From positions 1 to 64,000 of the IMG/VR virus record IMGVR_UViG_3300043399_000633: DNA of 64,000 bases; one strand, written 5' to 3'. A model generated the notes under the pieces. The model had not been told where the DNA came from and ran no database searches. It saw nothing but the letters and a program-made list of their open reading frames with translations. The DNA comes from a virus. The position numbers and the translations under genes are program-made. Below, piece after piece: positions 31,678 through 41,286 of this stretch. The stretch's first letter is position 1, and each line of letters begins with the position of its first letter.

Positions 31678-32691
31678 ATGAAAAAATTTATTATTGGTTT
31701 ATTTACACTATTTGCGTTAACTTCATTGAATGCAGCAGACATCACCGGCGCCGGTGCAACATTTCCTTATCCAGTTTATGCCAAATGGGCAGAACTGTAT
31801 AAAAAAGAAACAGGCGTAGGTCTTAACTACCAAAGCATTGGGAGTTCCGGTGGAATACGCCAAATCAATGCAAGAACTGTTGTATTTGGTGCAACTGATG
31901 CACCAGTAAAAGGTGAAGACCTAGATAAAAACGGGCAAGTACAATTTCCGGCTATTATTGGTGGAACTGTTCCTATCATCAATTTAGAAGGCTTTAGGCC
32001 AGGTGAATTACGTATTACAGGTCCAGTACTTGCAGAAGTTTTTATGGGAACGATAACTCGTTGGAATGATCCGAAACTGGTTGCACTCAATCCGGGAAAA
32101 AGACTTCCTAATCAAAATATCACTGTGGTTCATCGAGCAGATGGTAGCGGTACTACATTCAACTGGACTGATTATTTAACAGTAGTTAGTCCAGAATGGG
32201 CTCAGCGAGTAGGACGCGGCCCAGCAGTCAAATGGCCTGCAGCAAGTTCAGTGGGTGGTAAAGGTAACGAAGGTGTTGCAGCTATTGTTGAAAGAATTAA
32301 AGGTAGCATAGGATATGTTGAATATGCTTATGTAAAGAAAAATAATCTAGTGTTCATGCAGTTACAGAATAAAAACGGCAGATATGTAAACCCCGACGAT
32401 GTTACCTTTGCTGCTGCAGCAGCAGGTGCAGACTGGTTTAGTGTACCCGGTATGGGACTAAGTATAGTAGATCAACGCGGTGATAACGTATGGCCTATAA
32501 CTACAGCTAGTTTTATCATCATGTACAAGAATCCAGAAAACAAAGTAGCTAGTCAAGAAGTCTTAAAGTTTTTTGATTGGGCATTTAAGAATGGTAAAAA
32601 AGCAGCAGTAGAATTAGATTATGTACCATTACCTGATAGTTTAGTACAACAGATTCGACAGCGTGTTTGGACTCAAATAAATAACAAGTAA
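31678..32691 (+). CDS. pstS: Phosphate ABC transporter substrate-binding protein
   Basis: Signal peptide; GAGATFPYP, YQSIGSSGG, HRADGSGTT, GYVEYAY. Confidence 0.96.
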   Translation: MKKFIIGLFTLFALTSLNAADITGAGATFPYPVYAKWAELYKKETGVGLNYQSIGSSGGIRQINARTVVFGATDAPVKGEDLDKNGQVQFPAIIGGTVPIINLEGFRPGELRITGPVLAEVFMGTITRWNDPKLVALNPGKRLPNQNITVVHRADGSGTTFNWTDYLTVVSPEWAQRVGRGPAVKWPAASSVGGKGNEGVAAIVERIKGSIGYVEYAYVKKNNLVFMQLQNKNGRYVNPDDVTFAAAAAGADWFSVPGMGLSIVDQRGDNVWPITTASFIIMYKNPENKVASQEVLKFFDWAFKNGKKAAVELDYVPLPDSLVQQIRQRVWTQINNK

Positions 32692-32733
32692 ATCGCCTAC
32701 AAAGATAGAGTAGGGCTGGAATTCGTAACCAGC

Positions 32734-32757
32734 AAGGGTCACATGACCCTTTTTTCT
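32734..32757 (+). terminator. Intrinsic terminator after pstS
   Basis: AAGGGTC-ACAT-GACCCTT followed by T tract. Confidence 0.7.
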
Positions 32758-32867
32758 TTTATTATAGGCGATTTTAAGCTAATATAAATAGCTATGAAGC
32801 AGGGTGCTTCAACCAACACTCTTTAAATGTTAGGTACTTAGAGTGTGTACCGTAAAAGGAGATAAAA

Positions 32868-33695
32868 GTGATGTATCAAAACAAGCTGGTGGCCAGCCTA
32901 AAAGCCAATGGTAAAATCCTTCGTGAATTCAAGGATACTGTTTACTGCCCATTCGGAGCAGAATACTCAATCTTACTCAAGAACCTAAATACAGTTCGTG
33001 CAGTTGTCAATGTTTACATTGATGGTGAAGATATGTTGCCAGGAGGTCTTGTTCTAAACGCAGGACAAGAAGTTGACCTAGAGCGTTCGATTAAAAACGG
33101 TAACTTGATGGAGGGTAATCGTTTTAAGTTCATTGAGCGTACTAGTGCAATCGAACAATTCCGTGGTGTCAAACTAGAAGATGGTTTGATTCGTATAGAA
33201 TTTCAATTTGAAATGCCTAAGATAACAACATATATCAACGATACTTGGCAAAACAAAGAATGGATGCCAGGTCATTGGCGTGATAAACCATATTATGTAG
33301 GTGGAATATTGCGTAGTGTTGACTATAGTGCAGGGGAAAATACTAGAATCTCTGCAACTTCTGCAATGAATTCTACACTACAACTCATGAATCTTAGTGC
33401 TAAGGCAGAAGTTCATGATGGAATGGCTACTATGGATTGGTGTGCGAATGAAACTGGTATTACTGTACCGGGTAGCAAAAGTGAGCAGAAGTTCCAAACA
33501 ACTACGATCAGTGCTTTAGATCCACAAAAGTATAGTATAATTCTTAAGCTACTAGGTGAAACACCAAATAATGAACCGATACGCACACCAATCACCACTA
33601 AATATAAACCTAAGTGCGTAACATGTGGTAAACAAAATAAAGCTAATGCTAAATTTTGTACTGAGTGCGGCACTGCACTAGAAATATTTGCGTAA
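32868..33695 (+). CDS. Hypothetical protein with C-terminal zinc ribbon
   Basis: CVTCG...CTECG; TATAAATA at 32783-32790 and AGGAG upstream. Confidence 0.7.
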   Translation: MMYQNKLVASLKANGKILREFKDTVYCPFGAEYSILLKNLNTVRAVVNVYIDGEDMLPGGLVLNAGQEVDLERSIKNGNLMEGNRFKFIERTSAIEQFRGVKLEDGLIRIEFQFEMPKITTYINDTWQNKEWMPGHWRDKPYYVGGILRSVDYSAGENTRISATSAMNSTLQLMNLSAKAEVHDGMATMDWCANETGITVPGSKSEQKFQTTTISALDPQKYSIILKLLGETPNNEPIRTPITTKYKPKCVTCGKQNKANAKFCTECGTALEIFA

Positions 33696-33750
33696 AGATA
33701 CACAAAGTAAATAATAGATCATTATATACACACAGAAAAGGAGCTTATAA

Positions 33751-34317
33751 ATGAAAACAGTTGGTAATAAATTAGAAGCATTTGTCGTAACAGGCGTCAA
33801 TCCCGGTAGCGATCAATTCTTTGACATTACGGAAAAGAGTTTTGAAGGTAAGTGGAAAGTAATTGTCTTTTACCCAAAAGATTTTACTTTCGTATGTCCA
33901 ACCGAAATTGTTGCATATGACAAGTTGTTCCAAGACTTTGCAGATCGTGATGCAGTACTGTTAACTGGTAGTACAGATAATGAATTCTGCAAGTTGGCTT
34001 GGCAAAGTGCTCATCCTGATTTAAAGAAGATTAGGCATATTCAATTTGCCGATACACAACGTGGTCATTGGAAAGGCGATACATTTGTAAACTTGAGCTT
34101 GTCAGAAAATTTAGGTATTTTCAGTCCCAAACACGGTGCGGTACTTCGTGCAACATTCATTGTTGATCCAGACAATGTGATTCAACATGTTACTGTTAAT
34201 AACCTAGATGTTGGTCGTAGCCCAGAAGAAACATTGCGTGTTCTAGATGCTCTACAAACTGGGGAACTTTGTCCTTGCAGCCGTCCCGTTGGCGGAGACA
34301 CTTTGAGAACCGCATAA
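33751..34317 (+). CDS. ahpC: Peroxiredoxin AhpC
   Basis: FYPKDFTFVCPTEI, GRSPEETLRVLDALQTGELCPC. Confidence 0.95.
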   Translation: MKTVGNKLEAFVVTGVNPGSDQFFDITEKSFEGKWKVIVFYPKDFTFVCPTEIVAYDKLFQDFADRDAVLLTGSTDNEFCKLAWQSAHPDLKKIRHIQFADTQRGHWKGDTFVNLSLSENLGIFSPKHGAVLRATFIVDPDNVIQHVTVNNLDVGRSPEETLRVLDALQTGELCPCSRPVGGDTLRTA

Positions 34318-34325
34318 AATAGTAA

Positions 34326-34964
34326 ATGGCACATTTAATAGCAAATTTGCCACCTATACATTCTTTTGTTCGTCGTGAATTTTTGTATGATTTTACTAAA
34401 GGTCATAACGAATATGAACCTTGTGTTTGGGTAAGTATCAAAAGTTTACGTGGTCAGGCATTTAGAATAGAGGCATATTTGCCGCAGTACGGCGCGTTAT
34501 ATGATAAATTGCCGTTGAACGCTTTTGTTAGTAGAAACAACAATCTAAATCCAGAAAATTTTCTGGATTTAGATGTATTACAAATCTGGGATTGTTTTAG
34601 TTATGATTTCACAATCATACAAAAAGCATTTCTTAGGAACTTGAGTTGCAAATTTTACGCAAAGGATAAAAATTTTTACATGGGAAATTATTTGTTTACG
34701 GTAGATCACTGCGCCCCGGATTTAAATATAATCGATACTAGCTACGCTGAGTGGCCCGAAGATCATAAAAGTTTCAATTTTATCGAACTAGACAACGGAC
34801 AATATGCAGCACAGCCAAACAATCGTTGTATATTTTTAGATGCCTCGAGTAATCCAACAGAATTAAAATTTCCCGATTTTAAGGTATGTACAAAAAAGTA
34901 TGTCGTAGAGACTAATCCTAAATGGGCGCTCGGAGATACTGATACAGTCATGTACACTAAGTAA
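34326..34964 (+). CDS. Hypothetical phage protein
   Basis: 212 aa ORF; QIWDCFSY and GQYAAQPNNR motifs; function unknown. Confidence 0.65.
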   Translation: MAHLIANLPPIHSFVRREFLYDFTKGHNEYEPCVWVSIKSLRGQAFRIEAYLPQYGALYDKLPLNAFVSRNNNLNPENFLDLDVLQIWDCFSYDFTIIQKAFLRNLSCKFYAKDKNFYMGNYLFTVDHCAPDLNIIDTSYAEWPEDHKSFNFIELDNGQYAAQPNNRCIFLDASSNPTELKFPDFKVCTKKYVVETNPKWALGDTDTVMYTK

Positions 34965-34990
34965 CACATTATAAAATTTAAGGTAATAAA

Positions 34991-35605
34991 ATGCTTGAAA
35001 CAATTGGCGAGCTTTTTCAAGAAGCATATAAACGAAATTGGATTACTGCTAGAGATGGCAATGCTAGTATCCGCTGGCATGACCGTGATCATTTCTATGT
35101 AACACCAAGCGGCGTTCGCAAACAGATGTTACAACCGGAAATGTTCAAAAAAATGAGTTTAGATGGGCTTACCAGTATGTCATATACTGAAATTAGCTCT
35201 AATCTAAGGCCTAGTGGTGAATTACCCATGCACATGGCACTTCAGAGCAAGATTGATACTGAGGTTAGAGTTGTATTGCACTTTCATCCTACGTATACTG
35301 TGGCTGCTATGTATGCTGGAATTCAGCTTCCTGATCTATTAAAAGAGTTTCCAGAACTAAGCCGGTATACAACAGTGGCACCTAATGTTCCATTGATCCC
35401 GCCGATTACTAAAGAGTTGGCCGATGCTTGTGTTAAAAATATTGGCTATCATCCAGTAACTGGTAAAGTCAAATACAACATTGTTGGTATGGATAGGCAT
35501 GGAGTAGTAGCGGTTGACACTAGTCCGTGGAGAGCATTTGAACATATTGAACGATTAGAACATATTTGCAAAATAGTTTTAACTAGTGGAAAAGTAAATG
35601 TCTAA
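34991..35605 (+). CDS. Class II aldolase/adducin family protein
   Basis: GNASIR, TPSG, PSGELPMH, HFHP, HG metal ligands. Confidence 0.88.
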   Translation: MLETIGELFQEAYKRNWITARDGNASIRWHDRDHFYVTPSGVRKQMLQPEMFKKMSLDGLTSMSYTEISSNLRPSGELPMHMALQSKIDTEVRVVLHFHPTYTVAAMYAGIQLPDLLKEFPELSRYTTVAPNVPLIPPITKELADACVKNIGYHPVTGKVKYNIVGMDRHGVVAVDTSPWRAFEHIERLEHICKIVLTSGKVNV

Positions 35606-35990
35606 AATTTTTGTCAACGGTACGTTCGATGTATTACATGTAGGTCACATTTATTTGTTAAACTTTGCAAAGAGTTTAGGAAAACACTTGACAGTAGCAA
35701 TTGACTCTGATGAACGTGTTACTAGATTGAAGGGGGCAAACAGGCCTATCAATAACGTGTATGAACGTAGCGTCATGCTACAAAATTTAAAGGCTGTAGA
35801 TGACGTTAAAGTTTTTGACACAGATGAAGATTTAATTGATATCATAAAAACCTGTGATATAATGGTCAAAGGTGGAGATTATAGTAACCTACCTATTATA
35901 GGTAATGAACATATTGAAGTGATTTTGTTCGAAAGAATACATGGATATTCCAGCACACAAAAGATTCAAGATATTATTAATCGGGGATAA
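35598..35990 (+). CDS. Heptose-1-phosphate adenylyltransferase (HldE/RfaE domain II-like)
   Basis: NGTFDVLHVGH, LKGANRPIN, VKGGDY, YSST. Confidence 0.88.
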   Translation: MSKIFVNGTFDVLHVGHIYLLNFAKSLGKHLTVAIDSDERVTRLKGANRPINNVYERSVMLQNLKAVDDVKVFDTDEDLIDIIKTCDIMVKGGDYSNLPIIGNEHIEVILFERIHGYSSTQKIQDIINRG

Positions 35991-36708
35991 TTGTAAGGAT
36001 ACATATGTTTACGGAAACGTAAACCGTTTAAGTCCAGAAGCTCCTGTTCCGATATTTCAACCTAATTCAGAAATTGTGTTAGAGGGTATGGCTGGAAATG
36101 TCCGTAAGAACCTCGAAGCACTGCATTGTGAAGTAAGGTTTTATCACAGTGAAATTAGTGAAAAGAAAAGGTTAATCGACCAGCGCAGCAAACAGCATCT
36201 AATTAGAATAGACAATGATGCTAAATGTACTCCGATATTGGGTGCATTCATTGAAACTGCAGAGTTGAATACATATCAAGCAGTGGTTGTCAGTGATTAT
36301 AATAAAGGTACGGTACCTACATCTCTTATTGAATGGCTGCGAAAAGAGTACAACGGTCCTATCTTTATAGATACTAAAAAAACAGACTTACAACGATTTA
36401 ACGGATGTTATATCAAAATTAATCAACTAGAAAGAAGTTTAGCAAAAACGTTACCTGATGATGAATGGTTGATAGTTACTAAAGGTGAAAAGGGCGCAGA
36501 ATATTTAGGATATACCATTGCACCTGACGTAAGTGACGATGTTATTGATGTTTGTGGAGCCGGAGATACATTTCTAGCAGCATTAGTTTACAGGTATTTA
36601 GACACTAAAGACATTCGTAAATCTATTATTTTTGCTAATAAAGCAGCAGGCATTACAGTACAACACGTAGGAGTATATGCTCCTAAACTAGAGGAATTAA
36701 TACCATGA
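35941..36708 (+). CDS. Heptose-7-phosphate kinase (HldE/RfaE domain I-like, PfkB family)
   Basis: RLSPEAPVP, SDYNKG, DVCGAGDTF. Confidence 0.88.
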   Translation: MDIPAHKRFKILLIGDNCKDTYVYGNVNRLSPEAPVPIFQPNSEIVLEGMAGNVRKNLEALHCEVRFYHSEISEKKRLIDQRSKQHLIRIDNDAKCTPILGAFIETAELNTYQAVVVSDYNKGTVPTSLIEWLRKEYNGPIFIDTKKTDLQRFNGCYIKINQLERSLAKTLPDDEWLIVTKGEKGAEYLGYTIAPDVSDDVIDVCGAGDTFLAALVYRYLDTKDIRKSIIFANKAAGITVQHVGVYAPKLEELIP

Positions 36709-37064
36709 GTAGATTAGAAGGTTATGTAGAAAAAGGCTGGGGTCATGAATTTATATTTGCAACTAATGACAAATATTGCGGAAAGATTCTCAAGTTCAAC
36801 AAAGACGCAAAGTTCAGTATGCATTTTCATGCAGAAAAAGACGAGACATGGTTTGTACTACATGGTAAATTTATTGTCAAATACATAGACACTAATACAG
36901 CTACTGAACACCAACAAGAATTAAATCCAAATGATGTATGGAGAAATTTACCATTGTTCCCACACCAAGTTATTTGTTTAGAAGAAGGTGTTATAATTGA
37001 AGTATCTACACCGGATAGTGTAGAAGATAATTATAGGATAGCAAAAGGGGACAGTCAAAAATGA
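36705..37064 (+). CDS. Cupin (sugar isomerase-like)
   Basis: KGWGHE, SMHFHAEKDET, EVST. Confidence 0.75.
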   Translation: MSRLEGYVEKGWGHEFIFATNDKYCGKILKFNKDAKFSMHFHAEKDETWFVLHGKFIVKYIDTNTATEHQQELNPNDVWRNLPLFPHQVICLEEGVIIEVSTPDSVEDNYRIAKGDSQK

Positions 37065-37357
37065 GTGTTTATATGGTTGATATAGATAACACTATTTGTA
37101 TTAGTAAAGGTAGTGATTATGCTAACAGTGAACCAATAACCAATCGGATTAAACAAGTCAATGAATTATATGATGCAGGGCATAAAATAATATATTGGAC
37201 AGCCAGAGGTGGTAACAGTGGTATAGATTGGACTGATACAACTCATAATCAATTAGCAGCTTGGGGCTGCAAATATAATGAAATACGCATGGGCAAACCT
37301 GTGTATGATATTTGGATTGATGATAAAGCTATTAATTCTGACGATTTTTTTAAATGA
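37061..37357 (+). CDS. Small HAD-family phosphatase-like protein
   Basis: DIDNT, WTARG, GKP, IDDK. Confidence 0.8.
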   Translation: MSVYMVDIDNTICISKGSDYANSEPITNRIKQVNELYDAGHKIIYWTARGGNSGIDWTDTTHNQLAAWGCKYNEIRMGKPVYDIWIDDKAINSDDFFK

Positions 37358-38145
37358 AAATTTTACTTACAGGTCACAGGGGTTTTATTGGGTCAAACAT
37401 GCTAAAGACTTTAGCAGGCCACGATGTAACTACATTTGAATGGGGAGACACATTGCCTAATGTTAGTGGGCACGATTGGGTAATTCATATGGGAGCAAAT
37501 AGTTCTACAGTTGAACGCAACATCGAAAAAATTATGATGCAAAATGTTGACTTCAGTGTATGGTTACTTAAACAATGCATAGAAAATGGTATCGATTTTC
37601 AATATTCTAGCAGTGCTAGCGTATATGGACTACGTAAAAATAACTTCAAGGAAGACGCACCAGTAGATCCTAGAAATCCATATGCATGGACTAAGTATCT
37701 ATTTGAGCGGCACGTTAACAATATAACACCCAAAGCATTAAAAGGAATACGTGTACAGGGTTTTAGATATTTCAACGTATATGGACCTAATGAAGATCAT
37801 AAGCAAGATCAAGCAAGTCCATATCATAAGTTTACCAAGCAATTTCGTGAAACAGGTAAAATAAAACTATTTGAAAACAGCGACAAGTATTACAGAGATT
37901 TTGTACCCGTCGAGCAAGTATGTCAGACACATATTGATTTTTTTGATGTAAGAGAATCCGGTGTATGGAATGTCGGTACAGGAACCCCTAAAAGCTTTTT
38001 AGATGTTGCATTAAGCATAGCACCTGCAGACTGCATTGAGTACATTCCCATGCCTGATATATTACGCGATAACTATCAAGAATACACATGTGCAGACATG
38101 ACAAAAACACTAGAGAGTCTTAGAAACAAAGGAGAAAAATTATGA
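37354..38145 (+). CDS. hldD: ADP-L-glycero-D-manno-heptose 6-epimerase-like
   Basis: TGHRGFIGS, HMGANSST, SSSASVYG, RYFNVYGPNEDHK, RDFV. Confidence 0.82.
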   Translation: MKILLTGHRGFIGSNMLKTLAGHDVTTFEWGDTLPNVSGHDWVIHMGANSSTVERNIEKIMMQNVDFSVWLLKQCIENGIDFQYSSSASVYGLRKNNFKEDAPVDPRNPYAWTKYLFERHVNNITPKALKGIRVQGFRYFNVYGPNEDHKQDQASPYHKFTKQFRETGKIKLFENSDKYYRDFVPVEQVCQTHIDFFDVRESGVWNVGTGTPKSFLDVALSIAPADCIEYIPMPDILRDNYQEYTCADMTKTLESLRNKGEKL

Positions 38146-38699
38146 CAACGGTAACAAGTATGCCACCTGTAACAATAGGTGGCAATTGGCTAGAGCAGGT
38201 TAAGGCAAGTATTCCTGATCATGCTAAAGATATTAAGCTTAACTTAGATGCAGTTATTAATCGCAGTGGCCTAGATCCGGTAGATACACATGCTATTGCA
38301 TATGCGTCTGCAATTGCTGCGGGCAATGGTGGTTTGGCATTTGAAATCGAACACAATGGTCCACTATTTACTGCTGAAAAAGAACGCGAAGCAGCTAAAA
38401 CAGCAGCAGCACTTATGGGTATGAATAATATATACTATCCATTTGTAGAAATGACACAAGATCCAGACTTAAAAGGACTACCACCCGGACTGCGTATGAA
38501 TGCATATGCTACACACGGTGGAGTTTCAAAAAAGAAATTTGAAATGTATGCACTAGCTGCAAGTATTGTCGGTAAATGTCATTTCTGTGTTAAGAACCAC
38601 TACGATGTTCTTAAGAAGGAAGGCATGACTGTGCAAGAATTACAGATGGTTGGTAAAATTGCTAGCGTTATTAATGCAGTCGGTAAAATTGCCATATAA
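38142..38699 (+). CDS. ahpD: Alkyl hydroperoxide reductase AhpD
   Basis: IPDHAKDIKLNL, MGMNNIYY, GKCHFCVKNH. Confidence 0.93.
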   Translation: MTTVTSMPPVTIGGNWLEQVKASIPDHAKDIKLNLDAVINRSGLDPVDTHAIAYASAIAAGNGGLAFEIEHNGPLFTAEKEREAAKTAAALMGMNNIYYPFVEMTQDPDLKGLPPGLRMNAYATHGGVSKKKFEMYALAASIVGKCHFCVKNHYDVLKKEGMTVQELQMVGKIASVINAVGKIAI

Positions 38700-39314
38700 A
38701 TGAATACTCAATACGCCGTGCAATTGCCCATTGTAATACAATGGATGAATGCATTACGAAAAATTCCTGCTGCTGATAGAGAAAGAGCACTAGAAGGATT
38801 TTGGGACACACAACTAACTAGTAAGTGTTGGATAATCAATACTATTCTAGAGCATAACTTAAACGCTAAGTGTGTTTATGTGTTTGGTGGCTGGACCGGC
38901 GTATTGAGTAGTTTACTTTTATCTAACGAAAATTTAAAAGTAGATAAAGCATATAGCATTGATATTGATCCGTGGTGCAGACCTATAGCTAAAAATATGT
39001 GTGATAATAATATAAGATTTGCTGCTGTAACTGCTGACATGGGAACATATAAATACTCCACTAATCCTACATTAGTTATAAATACGAGTACTGAACATGT
39101 TAGTCAAGAAGTTTATGACCAGTGGTATGACAATATACCCGATTCTACTACAGTATTGATACAAGGTAACAATTTCTTTTCATGCCCCGAGCATGTTCGT
39201 TGTACAAACTCACTTGATGAATTTTTGAAAATAAATAAAGCATTCGATGTAGTGTATGCAGGCTCATTGGTTAATCCGCAGTACACTAGATATATGTCAA
39301 TATTTAAAAAGTAA
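38700..39314 (+). CDS. Class I SAM-dependent methyltransferase-like protein
   Basis: VFGGWTG motif I-like, SIDIDP, INTSTEH. Confidence 0.7.
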   Translation: MNTQYAVQLPIVIQWMNALRKIPAADRERALEGFWDTQLTSKCWIINTILEHNLNAKCVYVFGGWTGVLSSLLLSNENLKVDKAYSIDIDPWCRPIAKNMCDNNIRFAAVTADMGTYKYSTNPTLVINTSTEHVSQEVYDQWYDNIPDSTTVLIQGNNFFSCPEHVRCTNSLDEFLKINKAFDVVYAGSLVNPQYTRYMSIFKK

Positions 39315-39316
39315 CT

Positions 39317-40165
39317 ATGACGGTGTGGAGTTTTTGTCCCGATCAAATTAAAGATACACTATCCAAAGTAATTCAAAAAAATAAAGGTGACTATGACGAT
39401 TTAATCGCATATCGCAATAATTGGATTGATTGGATACATAACTTTAGTGGGTGTGAGAATAAAAAACAGTGGGCTGTATGCAATGGTATTCATGATGCGC
39501 TTATCAATCAAGTAAGCTATAAACATAAATCTGTTAACAAGTTTTATGCATTCATCACTGACTATAGATTTTATCACGCGATATTACGACCCTATAATCA
39601 TCAATTAATACTTCCACAACACATTAACAAAATTGAACCTAATAGTTATGTGTTGGTGAGTCAACCCAATCATGAGGGTAAAATTACAGACTGGTTTCCA
39701 CTACTAGTAGAACATTGCAAAAAGGTAAATACGTCTATATTTTTAGATTGCGCTTTTTATGGAACCACCTTTGACACACTCGACACTAGTGATTATATTT
39801 TTGATTCAGTAGCATTTAGTCTCAGTAAGAATTTTTTACTAGGTGGATTGAGGGCAGGAATTGTGTTTAGTGATAGTCTAGCTGAAACGCTTACGATACC
39901 TATTAGTACTCATTTTACTTATAACTATTTTAATAGTCAGGCTGTGCTTTCAGCAAATGCTATTTTACCTAAATATAAATCATCCTATATTACTGAATTT
40001 GCTAAACCTAGACAATTACAATATTGCGCACAGAACAACTTAAAACCAGCAGACATCTGGATGTGGGCTTTTGATTGTAATGGTCGTAAAATATGTATTA
40101 CTGAACATATCAAACAAGAAATTCAACTAGATTTAAACAATAGGTACCCGATCCTTATCGACTGA
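39317..40165 (+). CDS. PLP-dependent aminotransferase-like protein
   Basis: SQPN, LDCAF, SLSKNF...GLRAG (PLP lysine motif). Confidence 0.7.
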   Translation: MTVWSFCPDQIKDTLSKVIQKNKGDYDDLIAYRNNWIDWIHNFSGCENKKQWAVCNGIHDALINQVSYKHKSVNKFYAFITDYRFYHAILRPYNHQLILPQHINKIEPNSYVLVSQPNHEGKITDWFPLLVEHCKKVNTSIFLDCAFYGTTFDTLDTSDYIFDSVAFSLSKNFLLGGLRAGIVFSDSLAETLTIPISTHFTYNYFNSQAVLSANAILPKYKSSYITEFAKPRQLQYCAQNNLKPADIWMWAFDCNGRKICITEHIKQEIQLDLNNRYPILID

Positions 40166-40633
40166 TCCCATTAAATGTAGTCGATGTTCGTCAGAGCAAT
40201 TCATAAAAGTGTGTTGTTTAGTAGTGTCAACATAATACACAAGACCTTTAGGTAAATGTTGTATGGTTCCGGCACGAAACACAAAATAACATTCAGGATT
40301 GGTGATTATTGGTATGTGTATTCTAGGAGTAGAATCTCTATGCATACTATAACAAGACCACGGTGATACCATCATTAAACGAGTTCTTTTTAATTGAAAT
40401 TTATCAATAAGGTTTTCAACGATAGTTCCGGTAAAAAATTCATTTAATATATTGAATTCTAAGTCAGATCCATAACCTTTGCCCAGCCCACTAGTGTTTT
40501 TATCGTCACCCAACTTGTATTGAATACTTACTTGTTTACCTTTACCGTAATCTACCCATATTAATTCATCTTTAACTGACTCATAATATTTTAGTAACGT
40601 ATCAACTTCTATTCTATCAATTATTTTGATCAT
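40133..40633 (-). CDS. 2OG-Fe(II)/Asp-beta-hydroxylase-like oxygenase
   Basis: MHRD...RIHIPI...HTFMN...RLHL. Confidence 0.8.
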   Translation of the reverse strand: MIKIIDRIEVDTLLKYYESVKDELIWVDYGKGKQVSIQYKLGDDKNTSGLGKGYGSDLEFNILNEFFTGTIVENLIDKFQLKRTRLMMVSPWSCYSMHRDSTPRIHIPIITNPECYFVFRAGTIQHLPKGLVYYVDTTKQHTFMNCSDEHRLHLMGSVDKDRVPIV

Positions 40634-41255
40634 TTTTGTCTATCCTAAATCGTAAAGAAATACCTGTCTTTTCACCAGTGAAATTGGAGGTTGCATGTAA
40701 TTTTCTACAATCAAATACTATGATGCTTCCGATTTCAAATGGGTATGCGTTTCCATTCAATCCAAACAATGTATGTTCTGGATATTGCGGCAAGTAACTA
40801 CGTAGCTCTGGGTCTATCTGTTTGCCGGTTAATTTTTTTACTGGATACTCATAAGGGCATCCTTTTACTCCTATGTTTATTTCGAAACTTTGAACACGAT
40901 ATTGCATACACCACGTTGTGCTATCAAGATGCCACTCTTGATCAAACACAATTAAATATGGCAAAGATTGTGTATACTCTAAAGGTATAACAACATTTAT
41001 TTCATTTTTTAAATGTGGTTTGTAGTCTGTATGAGGTAAGTAAGGAATCGAATGTTTGTAAAAATTTCCAGTGCAATAGGTAATGTTATAATCAAATAGA
41101 CTCTGAACATAAGGAACTAACATTTTTAAACATTCGTTAGGTCCTGCTTTGTTCATTGTAACAGTGTCATATTTTTCTTTATTTTTATACTCGATAAGGC
41201 ATTGTTGTATGACATCATTTGGTATAAAATTATGTTTTTGAAAGCTGGGTATCAT
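40617..41255 (-). CDS. 2OG-Fe(II) oxygenase-like protein
   Basis: PHTD...LHATS...K.GIS. Confidence 0.7.
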   Translation of the reverse strand: MIPSFQKHNFIPNDVIQQCLIEYKNKEKYDTVTMNKAGPNECLKMLVPYVQSLFDYNITYCTGNFYKHSIPYLPHTDYKPHLKNEINVVIPLEYTQSLPYLIVFDQEWHLDSTTWCMQYRVQSFEINIGVKGCPYEYPVKKLTGKQIDPELRSYLPQYPEHTLFGLNGNAYPFEIGSIIVFDCRKLHATSNFTGEKTGISLRFRIDKNDQNN

Positions 41256-41286
41256 AAATATTATTTATACACTAAACTTTACTCTA

